Positions 38,392 through 50,700 of a DNA stretch of 64,000 nucleotides are shown in pieces. The number at the start of each line of letters is the position of its first letter. Positions within the stretch are counted from its first letter, which is position 1. The translations under genes were made by a program, and so were the position numbers. Source of the stretch: Octopus bimaculoides (lineage: Eukaryota); NCBI RefSeq assembly GCF_001194135.2, contig NC_068985.1, positions 66,760,402-66,824,401 on the forward strand, written 5' to 3'. Under the pieces are notes generated by a model. That model ran no database searches. It was not told where the DNA came from and was given only the letters and a program-made list of their open reading frames with translations.

Positions 38392-40430
38392 ATTTTAAAA
38401 TTGTTCACTGAAAACTTCACTTACCTTTCTCGGGTCCGCGGTCACTGAGACAATACCTTGGAACAACGGTCCTATTTTGTAGTCTATTGTTGCCGTTTCC
38501 TTTGCAAATTTATAGAAAGCTTTAGGGTTAGTTTTTAGCCTCTCCACAGCTCTATTTTCTATCTGCCTCTCTGTTCTTTTCTTTTGATGGGAGAGTTTGA
38601 GTTTGTTTTCAGTTCCCATAAATGTGCGTCTTAAATGTATCTCCAACCTATCCTTCAGTTGCCTACTCAGCCGGATTGGGACCTTTGATCTGTGTCTCAT
38701 AAGAAGTTTCTTGTCCCAGGGAATTGTGTTCGTAATTATTGTAGTGATGTTCGCCTTTCATTCTGGGGTATATATTTAGTGAATATAGTTTGCACTGTCT
38801 GCATAAATTAATTGAGTTTTAAATCAGTGTCTTGCATAGACAGAATATCGGAGCAGTTTCTTTTCTGAGACTTTTTGCGGATTGCATTCGATTCTGCTTT
38901 ATAGAAATTCAACTTGGATAAGGCTTGAGTCTTTGTGATAGGATAGATACCAGCAGGTCGCCTAAGCCCAAACATTGATATTTTTTCAATGTTGTGGTCT
39001 AAAATTGCTGTTAGCATCACTTTCACATTATGGATAAAGTTGAAATTATTTGTGAAGCAGCGATTTGGGATATTATTATCCCTGGTTGGCAGGTTTTCCT
39101 TTGTCCTACGAAAAGTATATTAAAAAGTTCAGTAGTGATTTTATTTACTTTTGTTAATGCAGTGACGTCCTAGAGAGGATGTGGCCTTCAGGCCATTTAA
39201 AAATTGGGGAGGTTGAAGTTACTCAGAAGGAGTATATTGATTTGTTGGCCTTCGCTTTTCAATCCCTCTTCCATGTGTCTGCAGCTGTCATCAAATTTAC
39301 CGCTATGTTTCGGGGCATTTGGTGGAAAATATGATGTGCATATAGCTACATCAATTTGCTTTATATGTTTTGTTGAAGTGTAACAAACTGAGATTTAGTG
39401 TGACGACAGTGCAAGGAGTGTGGCATCTTCGAGGATGTACATAGTAACGCATCCAAGGCTTCTTTCCCTTCTGTCAGTACGGAATGCAACATACACTGAT
39501 TTGCGTATTTCCTCACCAGTTTATTGGCGGTTTCTAAAAGCGCCATGCATATTGCTTGATGGCATGCGGTAAGCTCTTTCAGATATAGAATTTTACCTTT
39601 GTTATTTAGTACGAATATGGGTACGGTATATGGGTAAATATGTTAGTGGTGGTCAAACTGGGTCATTATTTGTAGGGGTCCTATGTATTGAAATGCGTAC
39701 CTTTGATCTTACATCTTTTGAAGCCATGTCAGTTGCTATACTATCTTCTGGGTTGTTCAAAAAAGCTTGCTGCTAGATAGCTATAGTTGGGGCAGCCTCT
39801 GCATATTGCCTTGCGAGCGGTGCAGAGGGCGTGTGTAGATTTCGTTCCATATTCATATGAAGCTTTATTTCCCTTGTTGGTGTACTATGAGCCGGTAGGT
39901 GATTGTTTGGCGGTTCCCTCTTCTTTGTTTTCGCCGGATTCCTTGTGGGTGATTGCCCTGCTTGTTATTCCGATAAGGCTTGGGATGGGCATAGTTGCTT
40001 GTTGTTCCTTTTCATCCATGCCAGAAGGCGACATTCAAATAAAATCTACAGACAATCTTGGTTCTACCAATTTTTGTACTTCTGCTTGTTCGTTTCACTT
40101 TTGGGTATTTCGAACCTTTGTGTATATTTTTGTATTGAGTTATAGACTTAAGGACAATATTATTTTTTCTGGCTGCATCGCCTATTCCTCTTCTCTGTTT
40201 TTCATTACAGTTCTCTTTTGATTGTTATCATCACAACAATTGCTGATTTCAGTGCTTTTGTCAGGATGGGTGGTGTGTGAGGTTGTCTTGATGTCGCCAG
40301 TTTGAGCTCTACAGGTTGAAAAATATTCGGGATCTTCATTGATCATTTCATCTCTCACTTTTATAATCCTGGCTAGGAGATCGAAATGTGGCTTTACAAA
40401 AAAATATAGCATATGGACTCTTGTGTCCAT
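38392..40430 (-). mobile_element. CR1/L2-group LINE, 5' half (ORF1 remnant plus APE region), RT missing
   Basis: Minus strand gives ORF1-like IVCRFYLNVAFWHG*KGTTSNYAHPKP (decayed CCCH finger); APE-like LLSNFNLP and DNNIPNRCFTNN; and ERLKTNPKAFYKFAK...IGPL...ADPRKVSEVFSEQF. Confidence 0.75.
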
Positions 40431-40449
40431 AGACCTATATAAATATACA

Positions 40450-40592
40450 TACGACGGGCTTCTTTCAGTTTCCATCTACCAAATCCACTCACAAGGCAGA
40501 AGACACTTGCCCAAGCTGCTACGCAGTGGGATTGAACCCGGAAGCACGTTGTTGGGAAGCAAGCTTCTTACCACATGGCCAGTCCTGCGCCT
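40450..40592 (-). mobile_element. tRNA-derived SINE head (octopus OK/OR type), internally deleted
   Basis: Reverse complement of ggtaagaagcttgcttccc...ccgggttcaatcccactgcgt...gggcaagtgtcttct...aaactgaaagaagcccgtcgta. Confidence 0.85.
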
Positions 40593-40616
40593 CATTTACA
40601 TACACACGAATATTTC

Positions 40617-40669
<53 letters not shown>

Positions 40670-40711
40670 CTATATATGTGTGTGTGTATATATATATATG
40701 TGTATATACAA

Positions 40712-40742
<31 letters not shown>

Positions 40743-41499
40743 GGTATATTATTAATAATACGATAAATAATATTAGTGGCCATTCAAAGCGTGGACCGCG
40801 CAGGTAAGTTTAAAAAAATTGATGGTACTGGAAGTGTATCAGCTTTGCTAGAGAAGATACAAGTAAATTAACTTGGGAAACCACAAATAGCTCACTTTTC
40901 GAACAACCATAGTGAAAATCTGGCAAGAAATATAAATTAGGCTCCACAATTTTTGAAGGTCGCATAGGAAATAGCAGACAGCTTAATACTGGTTTTGAGT
41001 TCTGAAATAAATATAACCCATCTTTAGTTAGACTTACCGCGATTGAAGTCAAATTTAAACATATTCCCTTCACCATGCTTCCTTGTTAGTTTGATGGCCC
41101 TAGGCACATACGTAGATGAACCAAGTGAATAATTTATAAATAAATATAGAGGTATATTATTAATAATATAATTTATAATATTAGTGGCTATTCAAGTCGT
41201 GAACCACGCAGGCAACTTTTAAAAAATATGATAGTACTGGAAGAGTACTAGATTTGCAAGAGATAGAGGTCAAATGACTTCCGAAACCACAAATAATTCA
41301 CGAACAAGCAAGCATGGTGAAGGGAATGTGTTTGAATTTGACTACTCTCGCTGTAAGCTTAACTGAAGATGGGTTAAGAATATTTAATTCAGAAATCGAA
41401 ACTGGCATTAAGCTATCTTCTTTTCCCTCTGCGACTTTCACCAAGGGAGGGGCCTAATTTTTATTCCTTGCCCGATTTTCCCCATGCTTGTTCGAAAAG

Positions 41500-41842
41500 G
41501 GAATGTATGACAAATATTATCTTTGAGAAACAGAGATAATTAAGTGTAAACATGGTGCTACATGTAGGATGTGTCAGTTTCCATAATGGTTGTATTGAAA
41601 CCACTTTAATAACAGGTGAACAAGAAGGAATGCGCTTCCTCATACCTCACATAAAACTGGCTCTAAATAACTCCAACCTTCATTTCATTTCGGAAAGATT
41701 TACGTTCCCTCTAAGGCTGTGCTACTCTCTTTCAATGAACAAGACACAGAGATGCATATTTAACAAAATTGGAATATATTTGCCACATCTTGTGTTCAGT
41801 AATGGGCAATTATATGAGGAATTTACTAGGACCTGGAAATAA
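41500..41842 (+). mobile_element. Helitron RepHel PIF1-type helicase C-terminal relic
   Basis: IETTLITGEQEG..FLIPHIKL...FPLRLCYSLSMNKTQRCIFNKIGIYLPHLVFSNGQLYEEFTR. This corresponds to the PIF1 motifs FPVRLAFAMTINKSQGQT and VFSHGQLYVAxSR. Confidence 0.8.
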
Positions 41843-42655
41843 TCTGACGGAAGTTATCTGATGGGGCTGGAAGAGTAGATGAAACCAAGAGACCAGGTAA
41901 AAAACAAGGTAAAACCATTACAAGAAATACTGTGTATAAAGAAGTACTGTGAGAGTAAATCTTGAATTTTATTCATCTCATGTATATGTATATCATTTAA
42001 ATTACATTCAGTTCACACAATTTGTAAAGCCTTTTCTGTGATTACATACAACATCTATTTCATATACATTTAAATTTGTTCGTTTTGTATTTCTGTTTCT
42101 ATATCTATCTCATAACGGGTTCGTATAGTACCGTTTGTGATTTAGAATGTATCTATTTCAATGAGTAAGATGATGTTTTTGTTGTTTTACGTACATATCA
42201 TAAAAAAATGAAACATTGCTTATATTTATTTACAAAGTAAATATGTAATAAAATTGTAAATATTAAACATTTAATCAATATATAAATACATAAGTTTTAT
42301 CTTTTTAATTCATCTTTTATTTCCGTGAACTATGAAGCTCATAATATCTGTCAAACGTATTATAAGAAGGTAAACAAGCAATACATTCGAAATTCATTTC
42401 AGTTATATTTAAAAGCACTGTTTTGATTAAATGGCCTGATATCAAAAGAATTTTTTGAAATTCCTTGCTTGTGCTTAATATACTCACTTAATGTTTTCAA
42501 ATGTGCTTCGACCATGGAATTTCCAAAGGTCCCGCTAGTAGCTATTACTTCAGTTCGCTTTGAATTTAAGCAGGTTTGTTTTAATAACGTTGTGTTAACA
42601 TATATTTTCAGAGATGTCAATTTGACTGATATTTTATACCTTCTTTATCTCCCTC

Positions 42656-42662
42656 CTCTCTC

Positions 42663-42695
<33 letters not shown>

Positions 42696-42877
42696 GTGTC
42701 TCTCTCTCTGTCTGTCTCTCTGTCTCTCTGTCTCTGTCTGTCTCTGTCTGTCTGTCTGTCTCTCTCTGTCTCTCTATCTCTGTCTGTCTCTCTCTGTCTG
42801 TCTGCCTGTCTCTCTCTGTGTCTGTCTCTGTCTGTCTGTCTGTCTGTCTGTCTCTGTCTGTCTCACTCTCTCCCTGT

Positions 42878-42941
<64 letters not shown>
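42656..42941. repeat. Compound (TC/TCTG)n-(CA)n-(TA)n microsatellite
   Basis: Read directly. Confidence 0.95.
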
Positions 42942-42945
<4 letters not shown>

Positions 42946-44919
42946 CAGAAGATGGCAAATCCTTGCATATGATGTATGTTGACTTTATTTTAGCATTTAC
43001 TGCTCCATACAGACCCGGTCAATAGCACCTATTGAAAACGTATCGTTTATATTGAGAGTGCGCATCCACAATAGGCCATTGAGTATTGGTGTATTGGCAA
43101 GTTCACCATTTCGGAAAACTTGTGCGCATTTACTGTAGCATATTGTACTAAACAGCGACGTTTATTGCAACCTAAGCAGCTCTCTATCTTTTGATGCAGC
43201 TGTCACGGAAAATCCCATTTTTTATATTGATTCCCTCGTTAGTCAGCAGAAGAACAGATCATGCATATGTTCTTAGCAGCGTTTTGAAATTTTGTTTCAA
43301 AATATTAAGCCTCAAAAAGAAAGAAGTATTATTCTGACCAATAAACTCTGTGAACATTCGAAAGATATATCAAAGTTGAAAACATTAATTTCACAGTTAC
43401 TTAAACTTTACATATCTAAACATATCTTAGTAGTACAATATTAAAAAGCGAATGTCTTGGCACTCATTTTGAAAACATAATATCAAAAAAGAAATCACAG
43501 CATTCGTTTCCTGCCTCCTTGATATGAAAAGATCTTCTTGCTTCCTTATAATCTTAGTCAATACTTCAAGAACAGTTGTCATTTTTATTCCTGTTATAGG
43601 CGTTGTACTCGGGATTGTTGAATAATATTCAGCCTTTCTCGAGAAAATAATTACACAAGCATACTTGCCAATTTGGGAAACCTTTGTATCTAAGAACAGC
43701 AGCTACTTTATAAAATTGTCGAAGACATCCTCTACTTAAAGTACTAGATGGTGGGTACATCTTTCAGTAAAAAACAAGAGGACGCGTGACATAATGTTAA
43801 TGTTATGAAACTCCATTCAACAACAGCGGGATGATTGATGTCTAGAAGCATCAAGAAATGAAATGAGTGAAATGATTATTATTGATCAAAAGTAGCAGTG
43901 CATATACCATTATATTTCTATAAAGGCATGCCTACACTATCACGTTTCGGTAATATACATTCAAATAAAATAACAAATTTGATTATACCACCAAATGTTC
44001 CTAGTAGTTTACAGTCATAAGTTGACAAAGGAATATAAAAGTGTATTGAGTAGCCATCGCTTAATCATATTTAAATGACTTAGAATAGAAATTATTTAAA
44101 CCATTAATTCCTGATATAAAAACGAAGAATATATAAGACAATAACATTTCTATGTATTAATGAAATATGCTGAGATGATGTACTTAATACGCACGGAAAT
44201 TTTTCTTAGTTAATTAAAATCTCACTCTTAGACATAAAATTTCCAAACAGCAAAGTCTCAGTCTTTATATAGATTTTGAAGAAATGAAAGCTTGGATTGC
44301 ATTTGAAGGCAAGGCACATGTAATGGACGTATTTCAGTCTATACGAGATTCAACATTTAGCTATGATTAGCTACGACTAACTTTTCATAACAATTTACAT
44401 AATAATGACATATACGGTAGAGAAAATAACTTACTTCAGTCAAATGCACGAACCCGACTAAATGAAAAAGTGATGTTCAGATAATCATTCACAAAAATAT
44501 TCGTAGGCCGTTGAAATTTCAGTTTGTAGAATTGAAAAAAATACTTAAAAGTTAGAGTTTACAAAACATGGGTAAGGTAATTTTAATGAAGAAACAATAC
44601 CTTATACTTAATTGATATGCATAGGAAAAGAGACCCCGATGTTTTCAGAGAATTTAAAAATACTGACTTACATGTTAGTATTTGTAAGATCCTATCTGTG
44701 TAGTACAAATAACTGAAAATTTGATAAGGTGAAAAAGAATGTTACATATTGAAAACTGCTATGAATAATATTGTGTCTATCAAACTTGTATAATAATAAA
44801 AATAAGCTAATTGGGATTACTTGAATCATTATTTTATTTTGTTATTAAATTATGTGTATTAGTTCAATAGCATTTACTAAATAACTGTGAATGGGACATC
44901 TGCGTATATACAATACACA

Positions 44920-45116
44920 TAATACTTTCTACCGTTTGCACGAGGCCAGCCATTTTACGGGAAGTGGAAATCGAATACATCGAACCCGGCAACCAAATTT
45001 TACTTATTTTATCGCTGCCAACAGGATAGAAGAGAAAGTACACCTTAATGGAATTTGAACTCAGAAATACTAGAATTTTGTCCAGTGCGGTAACGATTCT
45101 TGGAGCTCACTGCCTT
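44920..45116 (-). mobile_element. Second tRNA-derived SINE family (diverged copy)
   Basis: Minus strand taaggcagtgagctccaagaatcgtta...tctgagttcaaattcc...gataaaataagta...gatgtattcga, with a B-box-like gagttcaaattcc. Confidence 0.75.
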
Positions 45117-45270
45117 AAGTACAAATCTCACTTTTAAGCACACTAACTTTGTTTATAAGAAAGATGTCTTTAAATTTATTCCACTTAAAATATATCTTTA
45201 TAATTGTGTAAATGATACTCACTAAATGCCATTTATAAGGAGAAACAGCCATGAAACATAAAATCTCTAT

Positions 45271-45409
45271 AGAGCTTGCTTACCAACCACATGGTTCCGG
45301 GTTCATTCCCCCAGCGTGGCACCTTGGGCAAGTGTCTTCTACTATAGCCTCGGGCCGACCAAAGCCTTGTGAGTGGATTTGGTAGACGGAAACTGAAAGA
45401 AGCCCGTCG

Positions 45410-45459
<50 letters not shown>

Positions 45460-45575
45460 CCGGAGTAAGCACATAATATGTGCAACAATGTGGAAATGTA
45501 TGTGTTTGTCCCCCAACATCGCTTGACAACCGATGGTGGTGTATTTACGTCCCCGTAACTTAGCGGTTCGGCAAA
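45271..45575 (+). mobile_element. Bipartite SINE: tRNA-like head, internal (TA)n, 3' module (truncated)
   Basis: Head 45271-45410 with B-box-like ggttccgggttcattccc; (TA)n 45411-45457; module tgtttgtccccc...agcggttcggcaaa 45502-45575. Confidence 0.85.
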
Positions 45576-45911
45576 TGAATAAAATACCATATTCACTGTA
45601 CATTATTACGTGGAAACGGTTGTAACATATGCAGAGAGCAAAATACTTTGGAAAATATAGTAAAGGATATCGGTGGCAGTTCAAATAATAATTTCGAGCA
45701 GCTCTTCCAGTTATCCCTACATATGAGCATGTTTATATATCTATACAATTATATACAGATGATAAGAATCACTTTTCAAGGATTTTTGTAAATACAATTT
45801 CCAAATTGCGCTCGCTCCTGTACATAGAAGAGAATAAAAAACGGAATAAGAATCAAGAGAAAAAGGAATAGAAAGATTAAAAGAGAGAGAGAAGAAGAGA
45901 GTGAGAGAGAA

Positions 45912-45967
<56 letters not shown>

Positions 45968-46799
45968 NNNNNNNNNNNNNNNNNNNNNNNNNNNNNNNNN
46001 NNNNNNNNNNNNNNNNNNNNNNNNNNNNNNNNNNNNNNNNNNNNNNNNNNNNNNNNNNNNNNNNNNNNNNNNNNNNNNNNNNNNNNNNNNNNNNNNNNNN
46101 NNNNNNNNNNNNNNNNNNNNNNNNNNNNNNNNNNNNNNNNNNNNNNNNNNNNNNNNNNNNNNNNNNNNNNNNNNNNNNNNNNNNNNNNNNNNNNNNNNNN
46201 NNNNNNNNNNNNNNNNNNNNNNNNNNNNNNNNNNNNNNNNNNNNNNNNNNNNNNNNNNNNNNNNNNNNNNNNNNNNNNNNNNNNNNNNNNNNNNNNNNNN
46301 NNNNNNNNNNNNNNNNNNNNNNNNNNNNNNNNNNNNNNNNNNNNNNNNNNNNNNNNNNNNNNNNNNNNNNNNNNNNNNNNNNNNNNNNNNNNNNNNNNNN
46401 NNNNNNNNNNNNNNNNNNNNNNNNNNNNNNNNNNNNNNNNNNNNNNNNNNNNNNNNNNNNNNNNNNNNNNNNNNNNNNNNNNNNNNNNNNNNNNNNNNNN
46501 NNNNNNNNNNNNNNNNNNNNNNNNNNNNNNNNNNNNNNNNNNNNNNNNNNNNNNNNNNNNNNNNNNNNNNNNNNNNNNNNNNNNNNNNNNNNNNNNNNNN
46601 NNNNNNNNNNNNNNNNNNNNNNNNNNNNNNNNNNNNNNNNNNNNNNNNNNNNNNNNNNNNNNNNNNNNNNNNNNNNNNNNNNNNNNNNNNNNNNNNNNNN
46701 NNNNNNNNNNNNNNNNNNNNNNNNNNNNNNNNNNNNNNNNNNNNNNNNNNNNNNNNNNNNNNNNNNNNNNNNNNNNNNNNNNNNNNNNNNNNNNNNNNN

Positions 46800-46837
<38 letters not shown>

Positions 46838-48749
46838 GCACTAGTGGGCTTATTGAGAAATGCAGGATATAAATTGAGAAATGCTTGTAACCATACATAG
46901 GTATGGCCACTAGATATACATATACTTATTGTCTTAAATGTATTGAAATGCATCTGTCTGAAAACATTTTGAAATAATAATATTGTAAATGAGGTTTTAG
47001 ACGTTAATAGAATTTGCATCCAGTGATTCCATACGTCAAAAGAGATACATTCTTTTTACCACATTCAACCGTTTGCTTAATCAATTATGCTGTGCGTTTA
47101 TGTCAAATTCTAAATATTGTATCTACTTGAGTGTTCATATGTTATCTGATAACTAGTAATAATGTTTATCTTTCGACGCATTCTTTTATCACTCTAAATG
47201 TAAAGAAATACTTGTGTATTCTTTCCTTTGTCTTTTAGCGCTGAACGTTCTAATATCCTAATACATTATTTTATCAGGTGGTCTTCTAATGTGATTTTAA
47301 GAAGAAAATAATTTGCATTAATGCATATTGTCTTTTAGATATGGTCTACATGTTCTCTTGAATTATGATCTACTCTATATTCCATGTACTAAGTACGGGA
47401 TATCATTATATTTTTAATCCTAATTTGGCAAGATAATAGGAATTATTCTAAAGTTATCCGTATCTCTAGCTATCCATTTAATGTTGCCTGTAAATATGGG
47501 ACTTACGTAATTGTGTTTTCGGATACGTTTACCATCTAGGTATATATCACTATATGAATAACTGTTTAAGCTTATATATATAAATATATGTATATATAAA
47601 TTCACATACGTATGTATATATGTATGTGTCTATGTATGTATATATATATATATATATATATATNNNNNNNNNNNNNNNNNNNNNNNNNNNNNNNNNNNNN
47701 NNNNNNNNNNNNNNNNNNNNNNNNNNNNNNNNNNNNNNNNNNNNNNNNNNNNNNNNNNNNNNNNNNNNNNNNNNNNNNNNNNNNNNNNNNNNNNNNNNNN
47801 NNNNNNNNNNNNNNNNNNNNNNNNNNNNNNNNNNNNNNNNNNNNNNNNNNNNNNNNNNNNNNNNNNNNNNNNNNNNNNNNNNNNNNNNNNNNNNNNNNNN
47901 NNNNNNNNNNNNNNNNNNNNNNNNNNNNNNNNNNNNNNNNNNNNNNNNNNNNNNNNNNNNNNNNNNNNNNNNNNNNNNNNNNNNNNNNNNNNNNNNNNNN
48001 NNNNNNNNNNNNNNNNNNNNNNNNNNNNNNNNNNNNNNNNNNNNNNNNNNNNNNNNNNNNNNNNNNNNNNNNNNNNNNNNNNNNNNNNNGTGACTGCCCA
48101 GTCGGTCGATGGCTTGGCTAGTTATGTCTATCAGTATATATAATTTGAGCATAGACTTTTATGGCTAGTTGTGTGCATATATCTATTTGTGCATATAGAG
48201 CTATGCTTGTTTATTGCACCTTCGTATCTTTATATTTATGTGCATATGCGTTTGCGTTTAAAGGCACACACATTTATATCTACTACCGTCTACGTATGTA
48301 TACTTATATAACTGTCTCCCCTCTCTCTCTCTCTCCCTCTTAATCGCCCTCTTTCCCTGTCTATCTATCTCCCTCTCTCCCTCTCTCCCTGTCTCTCTAT
48401 CTCGCTCTCTCTCTCCATTTAATATCTATGTATCTGTTTGTGTGTCTGTGTGCGTGCGGATTTATGTATATATATGTATATGCACATACATGATGCAACG
48501 GAGAAACTGTAACCACTTTATATTTTATTTTCGCGCATGAGCATTGCTTGTTTTTGATTTTGTCAACTAAACTGTATAGTAGGGTCATCTGGGCACTGTC
48601 TGTGAGAAAAACAACACCATGGTGCAATTCACTCTTCTAGACTTCCATGCATTTGAAAACGAAATGCTGCACTGCTTGGCATTTGCGCCGGAAGATCAAA
48701 TACGAACATTTCAGAGTGTTTGGATCTCAATCTGAAGACAGTGCAATCT

Positions 48750-48835
48750 GAGGACATGTACCTAAAGTGATAAAAGTCAGACATCCAGTCAACATCATGG
48801 TGTTTAGAGTGACCACTAGTAACGGCGACATTTTA
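48750..48835 (+). mobile_element. Short Tc1/mariner (maT/DD37D-like) transposase fragment
   Basis: HVPKVIKVRHPVNIMVFRVTTSNGDI resembles KTKHPVHIMVFGVxTSDGDV. Confidence 0.6.
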
Positions 48836-49020
48836 TGGAATAAATTTACCATTTAGTATTTCAAGATACTTTTTTTATAATTTTGGTAAATATAACTATC
48901 AAAACGAGATGTCAGTGCTATTTTCATTTTTACGTAATTTAGACAACAGTTTAATCAAACGCACCGTGTATATGTATGTGTTTTTGATGTATGCACTCTC
49001 CCCCTCTCTCTTTCTTTCTC

Positions 49021-49065
<45 letters not shown>

Positions 49066-49794
49066 ACATATATATATATATATATATACACATGCACATG
49101 TATATATAATTTTACCGCTTTAATTTTTTATACTTTCCCTTAATTTCTTGTAAACTAGCTTTTTGCAGCTAGTATTCATGACACTACTATGTATGAGTGG
49201 TTAAACCCGCTGTTAAATATACGTTTTCAAGGATTACTGAATTATCTTGTTTGATTTAAGCCTTAAAGAATAAATGAATGGTCTTAAATTGCTTTTGACA
49301 TATTATTATTATTATTACCATTACTAGTTTTGGAGATTTTATGTTTTAGTTTTTCTTTCCTAAGTTTGGATTACTTTTTATTTTAATTGTTTCTAAAAAT
49401 TCTAATATATAATTATACTTACACTATATTAATACATATTTTGTTTGGTTTTATTTGTAATTTTCCCCTATTAACGACAGTGTCTATTTGTTGGATATCG
49501 CATTAAAATAAACCATCAACAATTTTTCCAACGTCCATTATAAGTATATTATTATACAACTATTTACGTAACACATGTATTGCATATCGAAACAGTAATA
49601 TGAAATATTATATGACTGGTATTATTTGTTTTATTTACATGCATAAACGATGATTTTGAGTCAAAGCTGTAAAAGTTTGAACAAAAGAACCTGAAACCTG
49701 AACCTCATGACCTAATATTTTACGCAAATAGAAAACTTAAATTTCGTTTTGGATTAGAAAAGGGAAACAAATGTTGGTTTTGTAAGTTTTATTG

Positions 49795-49948
49795 GAGTGG
49801 ATGTGTGGTGACAAGCATACTCCTTGACTACATTGTTCCATATTCAGTCCCACTGCGTGACACTTTGGGCGAGTGTCTTCTACTAAAGCCTTGGGCCGAC
49901 CAAAGCCTTCTGAGTGAACTTAGTAGAGAAACTGAAAGAAACCCGTCA
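49795..49948 (+). mobile_element. tRNA-derived SINE head (diverged) followed by TA/TATC/TCTG/TATG microsatellites
   Basis: ttcagtcccactgcgtgacactttgggcgagtgtcttctactaaagcc...aaactgaaagaaacccgtc. Confidence 0.8.
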
Positions 49949-49976
49949 TATATATATACATCTATATCTATATCTG

Positions 49977-50061
<85 letters not shown>

Positions 50062-50140
50062 GATGGCTGTCTGCTTGTCTGTCTATCTGTCTATCTGTCT
50101 GTATGTATGTATGTATGTATGTATGATGTATGTATGTATA

Positions 50141-50700
50141 CAGGGGCTGGACAGAATAACTGAAGCGCTAGCATAACGAAAACAGCTGAAATGTTTGCTG
50201 TATCGAGAAGTACTGTCTTGGAAAGTAATTACAGCCTTTGAGAAAGAGGGAAAACCTCGTCGTCGAAACAAAATTCCCGAAGAAAACCAAAGCTTTCAGA
50301 TAGGGACCGTCGAACTTTTACGAGAATTGTTACAAAGAATCACAAAATTACAGCTTCCAAAATTACTGCAGAGCTTAATGACCACTTCAAGGATCCAGTT
50401 TCCACAACGACTGTTCGCCAGAAGCTGCGCAAATCCAGATTTCACGGTAGGGCTGCAATCAGAAAACCTCTACTTTCAAAAAATAAAAGTTGCAAAGCGT
50501 TTAGAGTGGAGTAAAAACCTTCTTGTTTTTCTAAAATGCACCATAAATATTCAATAATATTGATACCTGGTGGACTGTAGCGGCCAGATAAGATGTTCAA
50601 CTTCACTAGAATGTTCCACGTGCCATTCAGTAACAACTTTAGCTGTGTGAAGTGGTGCATTATCATCCTGACTGGTTTGCAACCATAGGATAAAAAAATT
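50141..50700 (+). mobile_element. Tc1-like element relic with an inverted catalytic fragment
   Basis: TA|CAGGGG start. Plus strand 50160-50519 gives ASITKTAEMFAVSRSTV...KPKLSDRDRR...KITAELNDH...FHGRAAIRKPLLSK...RLEWSK (HTH/homeo-like). Minus strand 50520-50700 gives QDDNAPLHTAKVVTEW...EHLIWP / NIIEYLWCILEKQ (DD34E region). Confidence 0.85.
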
